IMG/VR virus record: IMGVR_UViG_3300028591_000166
Coordinates: 16,586 to 80,585 of that record
Reading direction: 5' to 3' (one strand)
DNA: 64,000 bases
DNA from: a virus
Lineage: Duplodnaviria > Caudoviricetes
Part shown: in pieces, positions 28,701 through 37,064 of the stretch
Layout: every line of letters starts with the position of its first letter
Position numbering within the stretch: position 1 is the stretch's first letter
Notes under the pieces: generated by a model
What the model was told of the DNA's origin: nothing
Seen by the model: only the letters and a program-made list of their open reading frames with translations
The model's database searches: none
Program-made: the position numbers and the translations under genes

Positions 28701-29114
28701 CTATCCTAAATATTCCACTGCTACTGAAATATTAGTTGTATTTATAGCAACACCACTATTAATTACAGAAAGAATTGATGCACACTCAAATGGCATTGTT
28801 CTTATGATTCCTGTAATTGTTAAAGTATGTACTTCTGTATCAGCAGTAGTTACAGTACAAGATGCTGTAAGTCCAGGAATATTTGTACTAGCTTTCTGTA
28901 CATTTATAATAACATCACCTGCAGCAGGTGCAGTAAATGTAACATTAACAGAAACAGCATAGTATCCTGGAGCACCTAAAACTATACTATCAGAATTGTT
29001 TTTAAGTATTCTTCCTGTTCTTCTAGCTATTGTAGATAATGGTAATATACTATCTGCAGGTACGCTAGATGTAGCAGGTGTAATCATATAAATTAAGTTA
29101 TCAACTAAAGCCAT
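28701..29114 (-). CDS. Beta-sandwich protein, BclA-C/C1q-like
   Basis: Alternating beta-strand pattern (PGYYAVSVNVTF, VIINVQK, LSVIN). GGAGG RBS. Confidence 0.6.
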   Translation of the reverse strand: MALVDNLIYMITPATSSVPADSILPLSTIARRTGRILKNNSDSIVLGAPGYYAVSVNVTFTAPAAGDVIINVQKASTNIPGLTASCTVTTADTEVHTLTITGIIRTMPFECASILSVINSGVAINTTNISVAVEYLG

Positions 29115-29142
29115 ATTTATATACCTCCTTATTAAATTTTAA

Positions 29143-29173
29143 AAAGATGGATCATATTGAATGGTCCATCTTT
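29143..29173 (-). terminator. Hairpin, possible terminator or attenuator
   Basis: AAAGATGGA / TCCATCTTT stem followed by a T-run on the minus strand. Confidence 0.55.
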
Positions 29174-29197
29174 GGCAAATGTGCCGTGTCAATATGA

Positions 29198-29821
29198 CTA
29201 AATGTTAGGTGTAAATGGTGGAACAGGTCCATAGAATGGATTGTATCCAGCACTGAATGTTGTAGCACTAGGATATCTAACGATACCACTAGTTGCTTGT
29301 GCTAATTCTAATGAATTAACTTTAGCTTGTAATGCTTCAATCTTGTTAGCTGCTAGAGCATCTAATACTTTTTGGATTTGAACTGTTGTATTATAGTTCA
29401 CGCCATCAATAGCTCTAAGTGTAGAACAACAACATTCATTTTCTTTAGCAAGTAAATTTGCTTGACCTACTGCTAAACCTGCAACATCTCTTTGAAGTTC
29501 TGAATATTTGTCATTAAACGCTGCAACTGTATCATGATATACTTGATTAGTAGTTGCAACACTCTGAGCTGTACCAGAAGTTATAGCACCAATAATGTCT
29601 CTGTTTTGGTTTTGTAAATCATTGAAATTGAAACCATTGTTTACATCTTCAGCAGTCGCAGGTCTATAACCTAAACCATCATAGCCACGTCCTCCAAAGA
29701 AACCATTACCTCCCCACATTAAAGCAAGGATAGCAAATAACCAAAGGCCTCCACCATTCATACCGAAACCATCACCATAACCTCCGCCAACAGGCATTAC
29801 AGGAGTAATTCCGTTTTCCAT
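29198..29821 (-). CDS. Gly-rich single-TM protein with a CCC motif and coiled coil (conserved phage cassette protein)
   Basis: GGG-rich N-terminus, TM segment LWLFAILALMW, NECCC motif and C-terminal heptads. Confidence 0.8.
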   Translation of the reverse strand: MENGITPVMPVGGGYGDGFGMNGGGLWLFAILALMWGGNGFFGGRGYDGLGYRPATAEDVNNGFNFNDLQNQNRDIIGAITSGTAQSVATTNQVYHDTVAAFNDKYSELQRDVAGLAVGQANLLAKENECCCSTLRAIDGVNYNTTVQIQKVLDALAANKIEALQAKVNSLELAQATSGIVRYPSATTFSAGYNPFYGPVPPFTPNI

Positions 29822-29838
29822 AGTTTACTTTCTCCTTA

Positions 29839-30099
29839 TTAATATTTTCCTTGAATACTATTTAAGAAAGCGTTTGGATTTATACCACGTTGTTTACACA
29901 TCGATTCAAATAAACTTTTAGGATCTGCACCATTTTTAAGCGCAGATATAATAGGTTTTAAATTAGGATTACGACTTGCAAGATTTTCAAACATTTGCAT
30001 AGGATTTTTACTATTCATTATTGTTTGATACATACTCCTAATCTCTGACATATTATAGTTTTGCATAGGATTAACTGTAGTATTAAATGGATTAGCCAT
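29839..30099 (-). CDS. Hypothetical protein, N/P/Q/M-rich (86 aa)
   Basis: From the ORF track. Translationally coupled to the upstream gene (AGGGGAA RBS). Confidence 0.75.
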   Translation of the reverse strand: MANPFNTTVNPMQNYNMSEIRSMYQTIMNSKNPMQMFENLASRNPNLKPIISALKNGADPKSLFESMCKQRGINPNAFLNSIQGKY

Positions 30100-30101
30100 A
30101 A

Positions 30102-30488
30102 TTATTCCCCTTTGCTTTCACCTTTTAATAACTTTGTTAATTCTGCTAACTTATTGTTTATATTATCAATGTCGCTTTTTAAAGCGTATTCAGGAATCAT
30201 AGTATTATTTTTTAGAGAAAGTATTTCTTTTGTTTTTGCTTCATCAATTTCTTCAAGTTTAAAATATCTTATAGACGCTTTACCAACTTCATCAGTTTGT
30301 TTCATGTAACATATTGGATTATCACTATCCATTAGAAGCATTGTTTGATTAGGATAAAGCACTTGATACGACTTAGCACCTTCTATACCATTAACAAAAG
30401 TGTATTGATTAATTGGTGCTTTATTATATGCAGGTTGATATCCTGGCATATAAGGATTCTGATAATTATTATAGTTGTAGTTAGGCAT
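30102..30488 (-). CDS. Hypothetical protein with an N/Y/Q-rich N-terminus (128 aa)
   Basis: From the ORF track. AAGGAG RBS. Confidence 0.8.
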   Translation of the reverse strand: MPNYNYNNYQNPYMPGYQPAYNKAPINQYTFVNGIEGAKSYQVLYPNQTMLLMDSDNPICYMKQTDEVGKASIRYFKLEEIDEAKTKEILSLKNNTMIPEYALKSDIDNINNKLAELTKLLKGESKGE

Positions 30489-30557
30489 ACAATTCTCCTT
30501 TAATGTTAATTACATTTTGATTGTATAAAATAACTACTATAAAATACTATAATATAT

Positions 30558-30584
30558 AAAAAGAGTCTATAATTATAGACTCTT
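30558..30584 (-). terminator. Perfect 24-bp palindrome plus T-run; terminator and/or operator
   Basis: AAGAGTCTATAA-TTATAGACTCTT at 30561-30584. Confidence 0.7.
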
Positions 30585-30593
30585 ATAGAATGC

Positions 30594-31178
30594 TTATAAA
30601 CTTTTGTAAGTATCTTTTACTTTCTTTACGTACTTATATATTAAAGGTTCACTTATATTTTTAGACATTGCGTATGCATACGCAGTTATTGTTCTATCTT
30701 TATGTAGATAACCATAAACAATATCTAGTATTTCTTTGTTTATGTTAGGCATAAGATCATACATCTCATTTAAAGTTAAGTTGTGTATAGACTTCTGTTT
30801 TAATAATTTCACAGTATTAATATATTCTTTATTATCTAAATAGTCTTTAACATAATAAGATATTAATGTGATCATAAATGCTGTTAGTACACTGAATAAG
30901 ATAGATGTATTTAATCTTAATTCAATTAGAATAATAAATATAAATGCTATTATTGATATAAGTGCACAAAGTATTAATGATTTTGCATGATATTGTTTAA
31001 CATATAAATTACGAAATATAAAGAATAGTATTATTGTTATACTTGTTTCTATCAACTTTTGATTTGTATAAGCAATACATAGTACTGCTATTAGAGTTAA
31101 TAGTCCAAGTAAAGTATATAACATAAATTTAAACTTTATTTTAAACTTATACAACAATTTATTTAGATTCTTTTTCAA
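30594..31178 (-). CDS. AgrB-like membrane peptidase fused to a C-terminal HTH-like domain
   Basis: Four hydrophobic segments. FRNLYVKQYHAKSLILC places H64 and C71 seven residues apart, like AgrB H77/C84. The C-terminus AYAYAMSKNISEPLIYKYVKKVK is HTH-like. The start codon is uncertain (TTG at 31178 or a downstream ATG). Confidence 0.7.
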   Translation of the reverse strand: MKKNLNKLLYKFKIKFKFMLYTLLGLLTLIAVLCIAYTNQKLIETSITIILFFIFRNLYVKQYHAKSLILCALISIIAFIFIILIELRLNTSILFSVLTAFMITLISYYVKDYLDNKEYINTVKLLKQKSIHNLTLNEMYDLMPNINKEILDIVYGYLHKDRTITAYAYAMSKNISEPLIYKYVKKVKDTYKSL

Positions 31179-31302
31179 GTTTTTCTAGCATTTCCTTATA
31201 GTATTTTTCTACTGTGTCTTTAGATACTTTATGAAGTTTAGCAATTTCTTCAACTAATACTTCATCTTTTTCTCCAAAGAAGAAAACCCACCATGCTCCC
31301 AT
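31159..31302 (-). CDS. Unannotated 47-aa peptide, AgrD-like precursor candidate (MGAWWVFFFGEKDEVLVEEIAKLHKVSKDTVEKYYKEMLEKLEKESK)
   Basis: AAGGAG RBS 8 nt upstream of ATG 31302; TAA at 31159-31161; lies immediately upstream of the AgrB-like gene. Confidence 0.8.
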   Translation of the reverse strand: MGAWWVFFFGEKDEVLVEEIAKLHKVSKDTVEKYYKEMLEKLEKESK

Positions 31303-31865
31303 TGTTTATTCTCCTTTTTTAATATTATATAGTTGGAATAAAGATAATATAGCATTGTCATAATCATACTATCTATTTGTAATAATATAGATACTAATGT
31401 ATATTCTTGATTCAAATACCAATGACCAATATCTTTTACTACAATAGATATTAATTGGAATACTAATATTACAACTACTCCTATTAAAACTCTGTACCAT
31501 TTCTTTTTAAGCCATATAATAGGAAGAAGATATAGAATTACACCAATAATTATATTTATTAATTGGTTATACCAACTCACTAAACTCATAGCAATTATAA
31601 GGGGAATAAAAATCATTGCTTGAGTTCTGGTGTAAAATCTTTGTCCTAGTATAGCTAAGAAAGATAGAGAGTTTAAGATTAAACTCATTATACATGCAAG
31701 TGTATATTTTAACCAGAGATGTTCGTCTATATAAGAACAAACATTTATGAATGTATTGTTGTCAGAGGTTGGATAGAAGTTAGCTCCAAATAGTTTTGCT
31801 ATTAAAGCTAATATTAAAACAATCCAACAAGTTATGATAACAACTAATAGTGTATGTTTCTTCAT
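31254..31865 (-). CDS. Multi-pass membrane protein (about 6 TM, 203 aa)
   Basis: From the ORF track. Strongly hydrophobic; its start overlaps the upstream stop (ATGA) and its 3' end overlaps the peptide ORF. Confidence 0.8.
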   Translation of the reverse strand: MKKHTLLVVIITCWIVLILALIAKLFGANFYPTSDNNTFINVCSYIDEHLWLKYTLACIMSLILNSLSFLAILGQRFYTRTQAMIFIPLIIAMSLVSWYNQLINIIIGVILYLLPIIWLKKKWYRVLIGVVVILVFQLISIVVKDIGHWYLNQEYTLVSILLQIDSMIMTMLYYLYSNYIILKKENKQWEHGGFSSLEKKMKY

Positions 31866-32203
31866 AATTGAGCTTCTAATCTATTTATTTCATCACGCCA
31901 AAATTGTCTTTGGGTTTTAATTGATGTGTATTCTTCTTCACTAATTAGACCTTCTGCATACTTAATTGCTTTATAATCAGTATTAGCAAGATTTAGTTTA
32001 AGCTCATCTATATTTATTTTTATAGTATTTAATTTAATAAATTCTTTTTCTTCAGTAATATATTCAGGAGTTTTCGTTTGACTTTCAAATAATAATTCAG
32101 ACCCATCATATTTACATACAATGTCTTCATCAGTGTATTCAAAGCCTTTTCTTTTAGTTTCACTAATTGATACTATTTTATTATTTTCTAATAAATACCA
32201 CAT
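31862..32203 (-). CDS. Tail-fibre assembly chaperone-like protein
   Basis: L.NTDYKAIKY.EG.IS.EEY..IK..RQ.WRDEIN.LE motif; lies directly after the fibre genes. Confidence 0.6.
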   Translation of the reverse strand: MWYLLENNKIVSISETKRKGFEYTDEDIVCKYDGSELLFESQTKTPEYITEEKEFIKLNTIKINIDELKLNLANTDYKAIKYAEGLISEEEYTSIKTQRQFWRDEINRLEAQL

Positions 32204-32212
32204 ATGACCTCC

Positions 32213-33193
32213 TTAAATTGCAGATACAACATCTGTTATAGTAGCAGATGCACTTGTAGTTAAATAATATACTGTAAATGAAGTATCAGTTGTAGAATTT
32301 TTATAAGCATTTACAATAGCTGTTGATGAATTTCTATAAACACATTGACCATCTTCCTTTATTGCAGTAGTAGTTTTTGCTAAAGTTGCAGTTGCTTGTG
32401 TTGTTGCACCTATTGACTCTAGTAATGATAAAACTGCTGAAAGGCTTGTGGCTTTATAATGATTTGTTGAATAAATTTCAAATGATACAGTTCTAGATGT
32501 TGTACCTACTGATGCAGAAGTATTCCATTGACCTGATGTTATTTGAATAGCATGTCTATATACTTTAAGTCCGAGATATGCAGTACCACCTGAATTCATA
32601 ATATCTTCATCTGGTAAAAAGACATAATAATCATCATCTAGCTCAGTACCACTAGCTGCATTAAATCCAAATACTAATGAACTTCCTGCATAATTTTCAA
32701 AGTATATATATGGTTCACTGGCATATGCGAGAATAATTCCATCCTTAAAACTTACTGTATTATTGAAAGTTTTTTGACCTGCAAATGTTTGATTACCTGT
32801 AGTTACTACACCTGCTTGATTGCTTGCTGCATTTGGAACATATAATTTACAAGTATCTGTTACACCTTGAGATGTAGATATTTGTAAACCACTTGAATAA
32901 GAACGAGATGGATAATAGTTAGTATCAGTAAATGTTGGAGTGAATGTTACAGGTAATCCTGTAGTAGTTAATGTTAAAGTATTTCCACTAACTGAAGCTG
33001 ATTTAACATAAGATGTTGTGCTTGGTAATGCCTGAACATCACTTGCTGATAGAGTAATATTGCTTGATAATGCTTTTCCATTTACAGTTCTTGTTGTAGG
33101 GACGTATTCACTATGTGTATGAGACCTAACTGGGAAGATTAGTTCCTCCCAGCTAGTTCCATTGAATACTTTATATTTAGCATTTGTTGCCAT
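32213..33193 (-). CDS. Tail fibre / receptor-binding protein 2 (326 aa)
   Basis: S/T-rich beta sequence with the VPTTRTVNGKALSSNITL fibre repeat and a GVVTTGNQTFAGQKTF fibre motif. Confidence 0.75.
   Translation of the reverse strand: MATNAKYKVFNGTSWEELIFPVRSHTHSEYVPTTRTVNGKALSSNITLSASDVQALPSTTSYVKSASVSGNTLTLTTTGLPVTFTPTFTDTNYYPSRSYSSGLQISTSQGVTDTCKLYVPNAASNQAGVVTTGNQTFAGQKTFNNTVSFKDGIILAYASEPYIYFENYAGSSLVFGFNAASGTELDDDYYVFLPDEDIMNSGGTAYLGLKVYRHAIQITSGQWNTSASVGTTSRTVSFEIYSTNHYKATSLSAVLSLLESIGATTQATATLAKTTTAIKEDGQCVYRNSSTAIVNAYKNSTTDTSFTVYYLTTSASATITDVVSAI
33057..33094. repeat. 38-bp exact direct repeat, copy 1, shared between the two fibre genes
   Basis: ATATTGCTTGATAATGCTTTTCCATTTACAGTTCTTGT; identical to 34202-34239. 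Confidence 0.95.
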
Positions 33194-33207
33194 CTGCTAA
33201 GTACCTC

Positions 33208-34863
33208 CTATGCACTAGTATCTAACCAAATATCACCATTCACCATACCTGATGGTGCAGAATCAGCATAATAAATTGTTCTTACTCTTACTGAGTTACT
33301 ATATATACAGTGATCTGTGTGAACAAATACTTCGCCGTGTGAATATGTTTGTGCATTAGCGGCTTGTGAAGCTGCACCAACTAAATATATTTTTGCATTA
33401 GTATCTGTAGATCCTGCAGTATTTTTAGTATCGTTATCAGTATTAGTCGTATAACTAGGGGCTGCCCAAGTACCATCTTCTCTTAAGAATTTAGTAGATT
33501 GTGTCTGAGATGATACAGTATTGATCGCTGGAACTATTCCACCATGAGTTGTAGTAGGTGCAGGAATATATATAGGATCTAGTCCACCAGTATGTGTTGA
33601 TACCTGTAGTCCTGAACTATAACTACCGACTTGATATTCATTTTCAGACGTAGGCATAGTAAACACAACACTTGTTCCACCTGCTGTTAATTTATATTTA
33701 CCAGCGTAAGCAAGAGTTATTGTACTTGAATCATTAGCGCCTCCTTGTGCTAAAGTTGTTGTATGTGTATGACTTGTTGTAGAATAACCAGCTAATGTTG
33801 TAGATAATGAAGTACTTGTGACATAATTAGCTAAATCTACTTTTGCTGTTTCCATCTTATAAAGCATATAAGAACCACTATTTATAGCACCAACCCATCT
33901 ATCAGGAACGTTTGTATTTGTAATATAAATAACATCCCCAATTTTTAAATTCATTGCTGAAACAAGTTTAGCTCCTGTTAATCTACCGCCAGAAATATAT
34001 AATGTATCGCTATCTGTAATTGTAATAGAGTTGTCTTGACTGTTGAACACACTATTACTATATGTTCCTGGAGTAGCAGGATTATAAGCAAGTGAATAGG
34101 CTTGGTTCTTTCCTTCTGCAACTCCTACTAAATCGTTAATAGCTTCCTGAACTGTTGTAGAATCAGATGAAGACATAGCAAGATCAGATCCATATAATGT
34201 TATATTGCTTGATAATGCTTTTCCATTTACAGTTCTTGTAGTTGGAACTGCTCCTACATCCCCTGCTGTTAAACTAGATACATATGCCAATGAACCTAAA
34301 CCTAAATCTGATTTTAAGTTTGTAATAGAAATATCGCCTGTTCTAGTTCCTAATTTAGTAACAGCAGTTTTAAGATATGTTGATTCATCAATACTTGCTA
34401 CACCATTAGTTATCTTAATTAAACCAGTTTTTGATGTAGATAGTCCTGCTAAACTTGTTAGATTTGCGTGTTTAGGTTGATATACTGAATTAAGTGTTGC
34501 ACCATAGTTACTTGTAGTTAATACACCTGATGGAATAGAATTTCTAGCTTCTTGAATACCTCTTGCTAATACTTCTATACAAGAATTTATCGAATCTCCA
34601 CTTTGTATATCATCATCTATTCCTACTATGTCATTATCACCTAAATAACTAATATCAGATGCAGTTAATGTAATACCACTTTGATTTCCAAAATGTTTAT
34701 TATTTACTGTGTGATGTTGTGTATCTAATATTGTCTTATAGTATGTAGTACCATCTTTAGTATATTGAGCACTAGTTACTTGGTCACTCCTAGTTTTAAA
34801 ATATATGGTATCCCAATCAGTCCCATTATATATTTTATAAGTAGCTTTTTTTTCAGTTGCCAT
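33208..34863 (-). CDS. Tail fibre protein 1 (551 aa)
   Basis: S/T/G-rich, carries the same fibre repeat, and ends in the tail-fibre-type SAPSGMVNGDIWLD. Confidence 0.8.
   Translation of the reverse strand: MATEKKATYKIYNGTDWDTIYFKTRSDQVTSAQYTKDGTTYYKTILDTQHHTVNNKHFGNQSGITLTASDISYLGDNDIVGIDDDIQSGDSINSCIEVLARGIQEARNSIPSGVLTTSNYGATLNSVYQPKHANLTSLAGLSTSKTGLIKITNGVASIDESTYLKTAVTKLGTRTGDISITNLKSDLGLGSLAYVSSLTAGDVGAVPTTRTVNGKALSSNITLYGSDLAMSSSDSTTVQEAINDLVGVAEGKNQAYSLAYNPATPGTYSNSVFNSQDNSITITDSDTLYISGGRLTGAKLVSAMNLKIGDVIYITNTNVPDRWVGAINSGSYMLYKMETAKVDLANYVTSTSLSTTLAGYSTTSHTHTTTLAQGGANDSSTITLAYAGKYKLTAGGTSVVFTMPTSENEYQVGSYSSGLQVSTHTGGLDPIYIPAPTTTHGGIVPAINTVSSQTQSTKFLREDGTWAAPSYTTNTDNDTKNTAGSTDTNAKIYLVGAASQAANAQTYSHGEVFVHTDHCIYSNSVRVRTIYYADSAPSGMVNGDIWLDTSA
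34202..34239. repeat. 38-bp exact direct repeat, copy 2
   Basis: Identical to 33057-33094. Confidence 0.95.
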
Positions 34864-35258
34864 TATTTTTTACCTCCTGTTTTATTTTTTGGTTTAGATT
34901 TTTCTTCAACTTCTGTTTCTTCAGAAATAGTTTCTTCTTTCATAACTAACTGCCCATTAATATAAGCAAGTTTAGAAATATCTGTTTTTCTTGGAAGCCA
35001 TATTTCCATTCCATTTTCACTTTCAACTACATTGCCTTTATTATCTAAAGCAAGTTTGAATTTCTTATGAATTGTAGTATATGGTTCTTTTTCTACTACT
35101 GTCATAGTACCTTTAATTGGAACTATTAAAGGTTCTATTATTTCCTGTTCACTTTCTAAAACCGCAACAGGTAAATCTGCAAATACTACACCACTATCTA
35201 AAAGTGTGTACTTGTCTTTTGATTTGTTGTAATTGTAATTAACTAGAATTTTACTCAT
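34863..35258 (-). CDS. Hypothetical protein in the tail module (131 aa)
   Basis: From the ORF track. AGGAG RBS; coupled to the next gene. Confidence 0.75.
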   Translation of the reverse strand: MSKILVNYNYNKSKDKYTLLDSGVVFADLPVAVLESEQEIIEPLIVPIKGTMTVVEKEPYTTIHKKFKLALDNKGNVVESENGMEIWLPRKTDISKLAYINGQLVMKEETISEETEVEEKSKPKNKTGGKK

Positions 35259-35276
35259 AATTCTCCTTTTTTATAT

Positions 35277-35663
35277 TTATTGTATATTTGAATATTCTAT
35301 AACAGCCTCATAATTGTTTGAATCATTATTTTCTAATGTTCCATAAGTATTGTTTTCATCATTATCATCATTTGTAACTGTTGTTATTTCAGGTACTGTT
35401 TGATAAATAACATTATTTGAAATTGTTTGATAAGATATGCCATTCAAATCGGAATTAGTTTTAGTTAAAGATAGTGTTGCAATTTCTTCATCATTTTCTT
35501 CAGTAGGTGTTAACCATACCTTACCTTTAACTTTTATTTCTGGTTCTTCATCAGATAATTTAGGAAGAACTGTTTTTTGAAGGTGTATTATATTTTCCGC
35601 TTTAGTAATAGGATAAATAATATTATTATTCTCATCTAATAATCTTCTGTTCAATTCACTCAT
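35277..35663 (-). CDS. Hypothetical tail-associated protein (128 aa)
   Basis: From the ORF track. The N-terminal IIYPITKAENI resembles fibre-anchor motifs. Confidence 0.65.
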   Translation of the reverse strand: MSELNRRLLDENNNIIYPITKAENIIHLQKTVLPKLSDEEPEIKVKGKVWLTPTEENDEEIATLSLTKTNSDLNGISYQTISNNVIYQTVPEITTVTNDDNDENNTYGTLENNDSNNYEAVIEYSNIQ

Positions 35664-35995
35664 TATTTATCCTCCTCAGGTATTATATAATCAGTAGACT
35701 CTATAAATATATTACTATTATTTACTTTAGACTCAAGAATATTTACTCTAGAATTAAGTGAATTAGTAGCAGATATAAGAGAACTTAGATCGTAATTAAC
35801 TGCATTACACCAACCGATAGTTTCAGTAAAAAACCATTGGTGCAATTGTTTAAGATAATCTACAGTTGCATTAGCTTGTAATCTTAATGAATTAATTATT
35901 ATATTCCAATCTCTTACTGTAAGTTGATTCGCATATGTAAGGTTTTGATTAGGAACAGTATTATAACCAAGTTTATTTATATTAGGTATATTCAT
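35663..35995 (-). CDS. Hypothetical protein (110 aa)
   Basis: From the ORF track. Start and stop overlap both neighbours. Confidence 0.7.
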   Translation of the reverse strand: MNIPNINKLGYNTVPNQNLTYANQLTVRDWNIIINSLRLQANATVDYLKQLHQWFFTETIGWCNAVNYDLSSLISATNSLNSRVNILESKVNNSNIFIESTDYIIPEEDK

Positions 35996-36453
35996 TGTTT
36001 ATTCACCGTTCCTAGTACATATCCTTTATCTATAAGATCTAGTTCTCTATATTTTTCATGAAGTGCACTAAATACAGATGCTATACATAATGATCCAAAG
36101 AATACTAATATAAATTCAAAGTAATTTTGGAAACCTACTTTTATCTGTTTTTCAAGTACTACTTTAAGAACTAAACCAATAGTAATAAGTAATATTGTGA
36201 TTAAATAGATTGGAATAGATTTAATAATGCCTTTTGTTACACTTGGTTTCCATGTAGCAACCCAACCAGGGATAGCTAAACATAATTTAATAACACCTAC
36301 AATAGCTAAGAATAATACAGGTATTACCACAGATGTAGACTTTTTAGTCATCCCTAATTTACATAAAAAGTATACAAATGGAAATACATAACCTATAAGA
36401 AAAGATAACCAAAAGAATAAGTATCGTTTCTTTTCATTACTCATTTTGGTCAC
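35992..36453 (-). CDS. Four-TM membrane protein, holin candidate
   Basis: Four hydrophobic segments in 153 aa; located in the late operon. Confidence 0.5.
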   Translation of the reverse strand: MTKMSNEKKRYLFFWLSFLIGYVFPFVYFLCKLGMTKKSTSVVIPVLFLAIVGVIKLCLAIPGWVATWKPSVTKGIIKSIPIYLITILLITIGLVLKVVLEKQIKVGFQNYFEFILVFFGSLCIASVFSALHEKYRELDLIDKGYVLGTVNKQ

Positions 36454-36456
36454 CTC

Positions 36457-37053
36457 CTATAGCGATGTTTCATTTGTGCTGTATTTATCCAATAAAGATT
36501 GTGCTTTTTCAACAGATGCTACAACTTCAGTTACAGCAGCCTCTGCCTTTTGTTTTGTTTCATCAATTTTATTACTTACAGTATTTACTTGTTCTACAAC
36601 ATTTGTAATTTTATCTTGTGCTCTTTCACTAGCTTCAACTACTTGTTGTTCAGATGTATTAGTCAAAGTATTAAACTTCTTTAATAAAGATGCTTTATCT
36701 TCACTAGGAAGTTTAGATGCCATAAGTAAATATGATAGTGCTTCAAAAGTAGTAGCTTGAACTTTATTAAAGTATTCATTCTGTGCTACTTTTTCTGCTA
36801 AAACTTTTTGAGTTTCTTTTTTAGATTCTTCTAGTTTATTTGCTTGTTCAGATAATTTAGCAAGTAAAGTATTAATGTTACCTTTTAATACTTCATTACC
36901 TTTTTGTAATTCACCATTAGAATCTTTAAGTTTCAAATTACTCATAAGAAACTTAATTGCTGTAATAATAAATACTACTAATGTTCCTACAGTTACACTA
37001 CCGAATAATGTGTAACCCCAATATTGTTCAAAAAATTGTAAGATTGGTTCCAT
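36457..37053 (-). CDS. Membrane-anchored coiled-coil protein (198 aa)
   Basis: N-terminal TM segment GSVTVGTLVVFIITAIKFL followed by long heptad repeats. Confidence 0.7.
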   Translation of the reverse strand: MEPILQFFEQYWGYTLFGSVTVGTLVVFIITAIKFLMSNLKLKDSNGELQKGNEVLKGNINTLLAKLSEQANKLEESKKETQKVLAEKVAQNEYFNKVQATTFEALSYLLMASKLPSEDKASLLKKFNTLTNTSEQQVVEASERAQDKITNVVEQVNTVSNKIDETKQKAEAAVTEVVASVEKAQSLLDKYSTNETSL

Positions 37054-37064
37054 AATTCTACTCC

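Noticed and set aside
33057-34239. Fibre repeat as a DGR template/variable repeat or an invertible shufflon
   Set aside because: The copies are identical (no adenine-specific mismatches) and direct rather than inverted; no reverse transcriptase or invertase was seen in the window.
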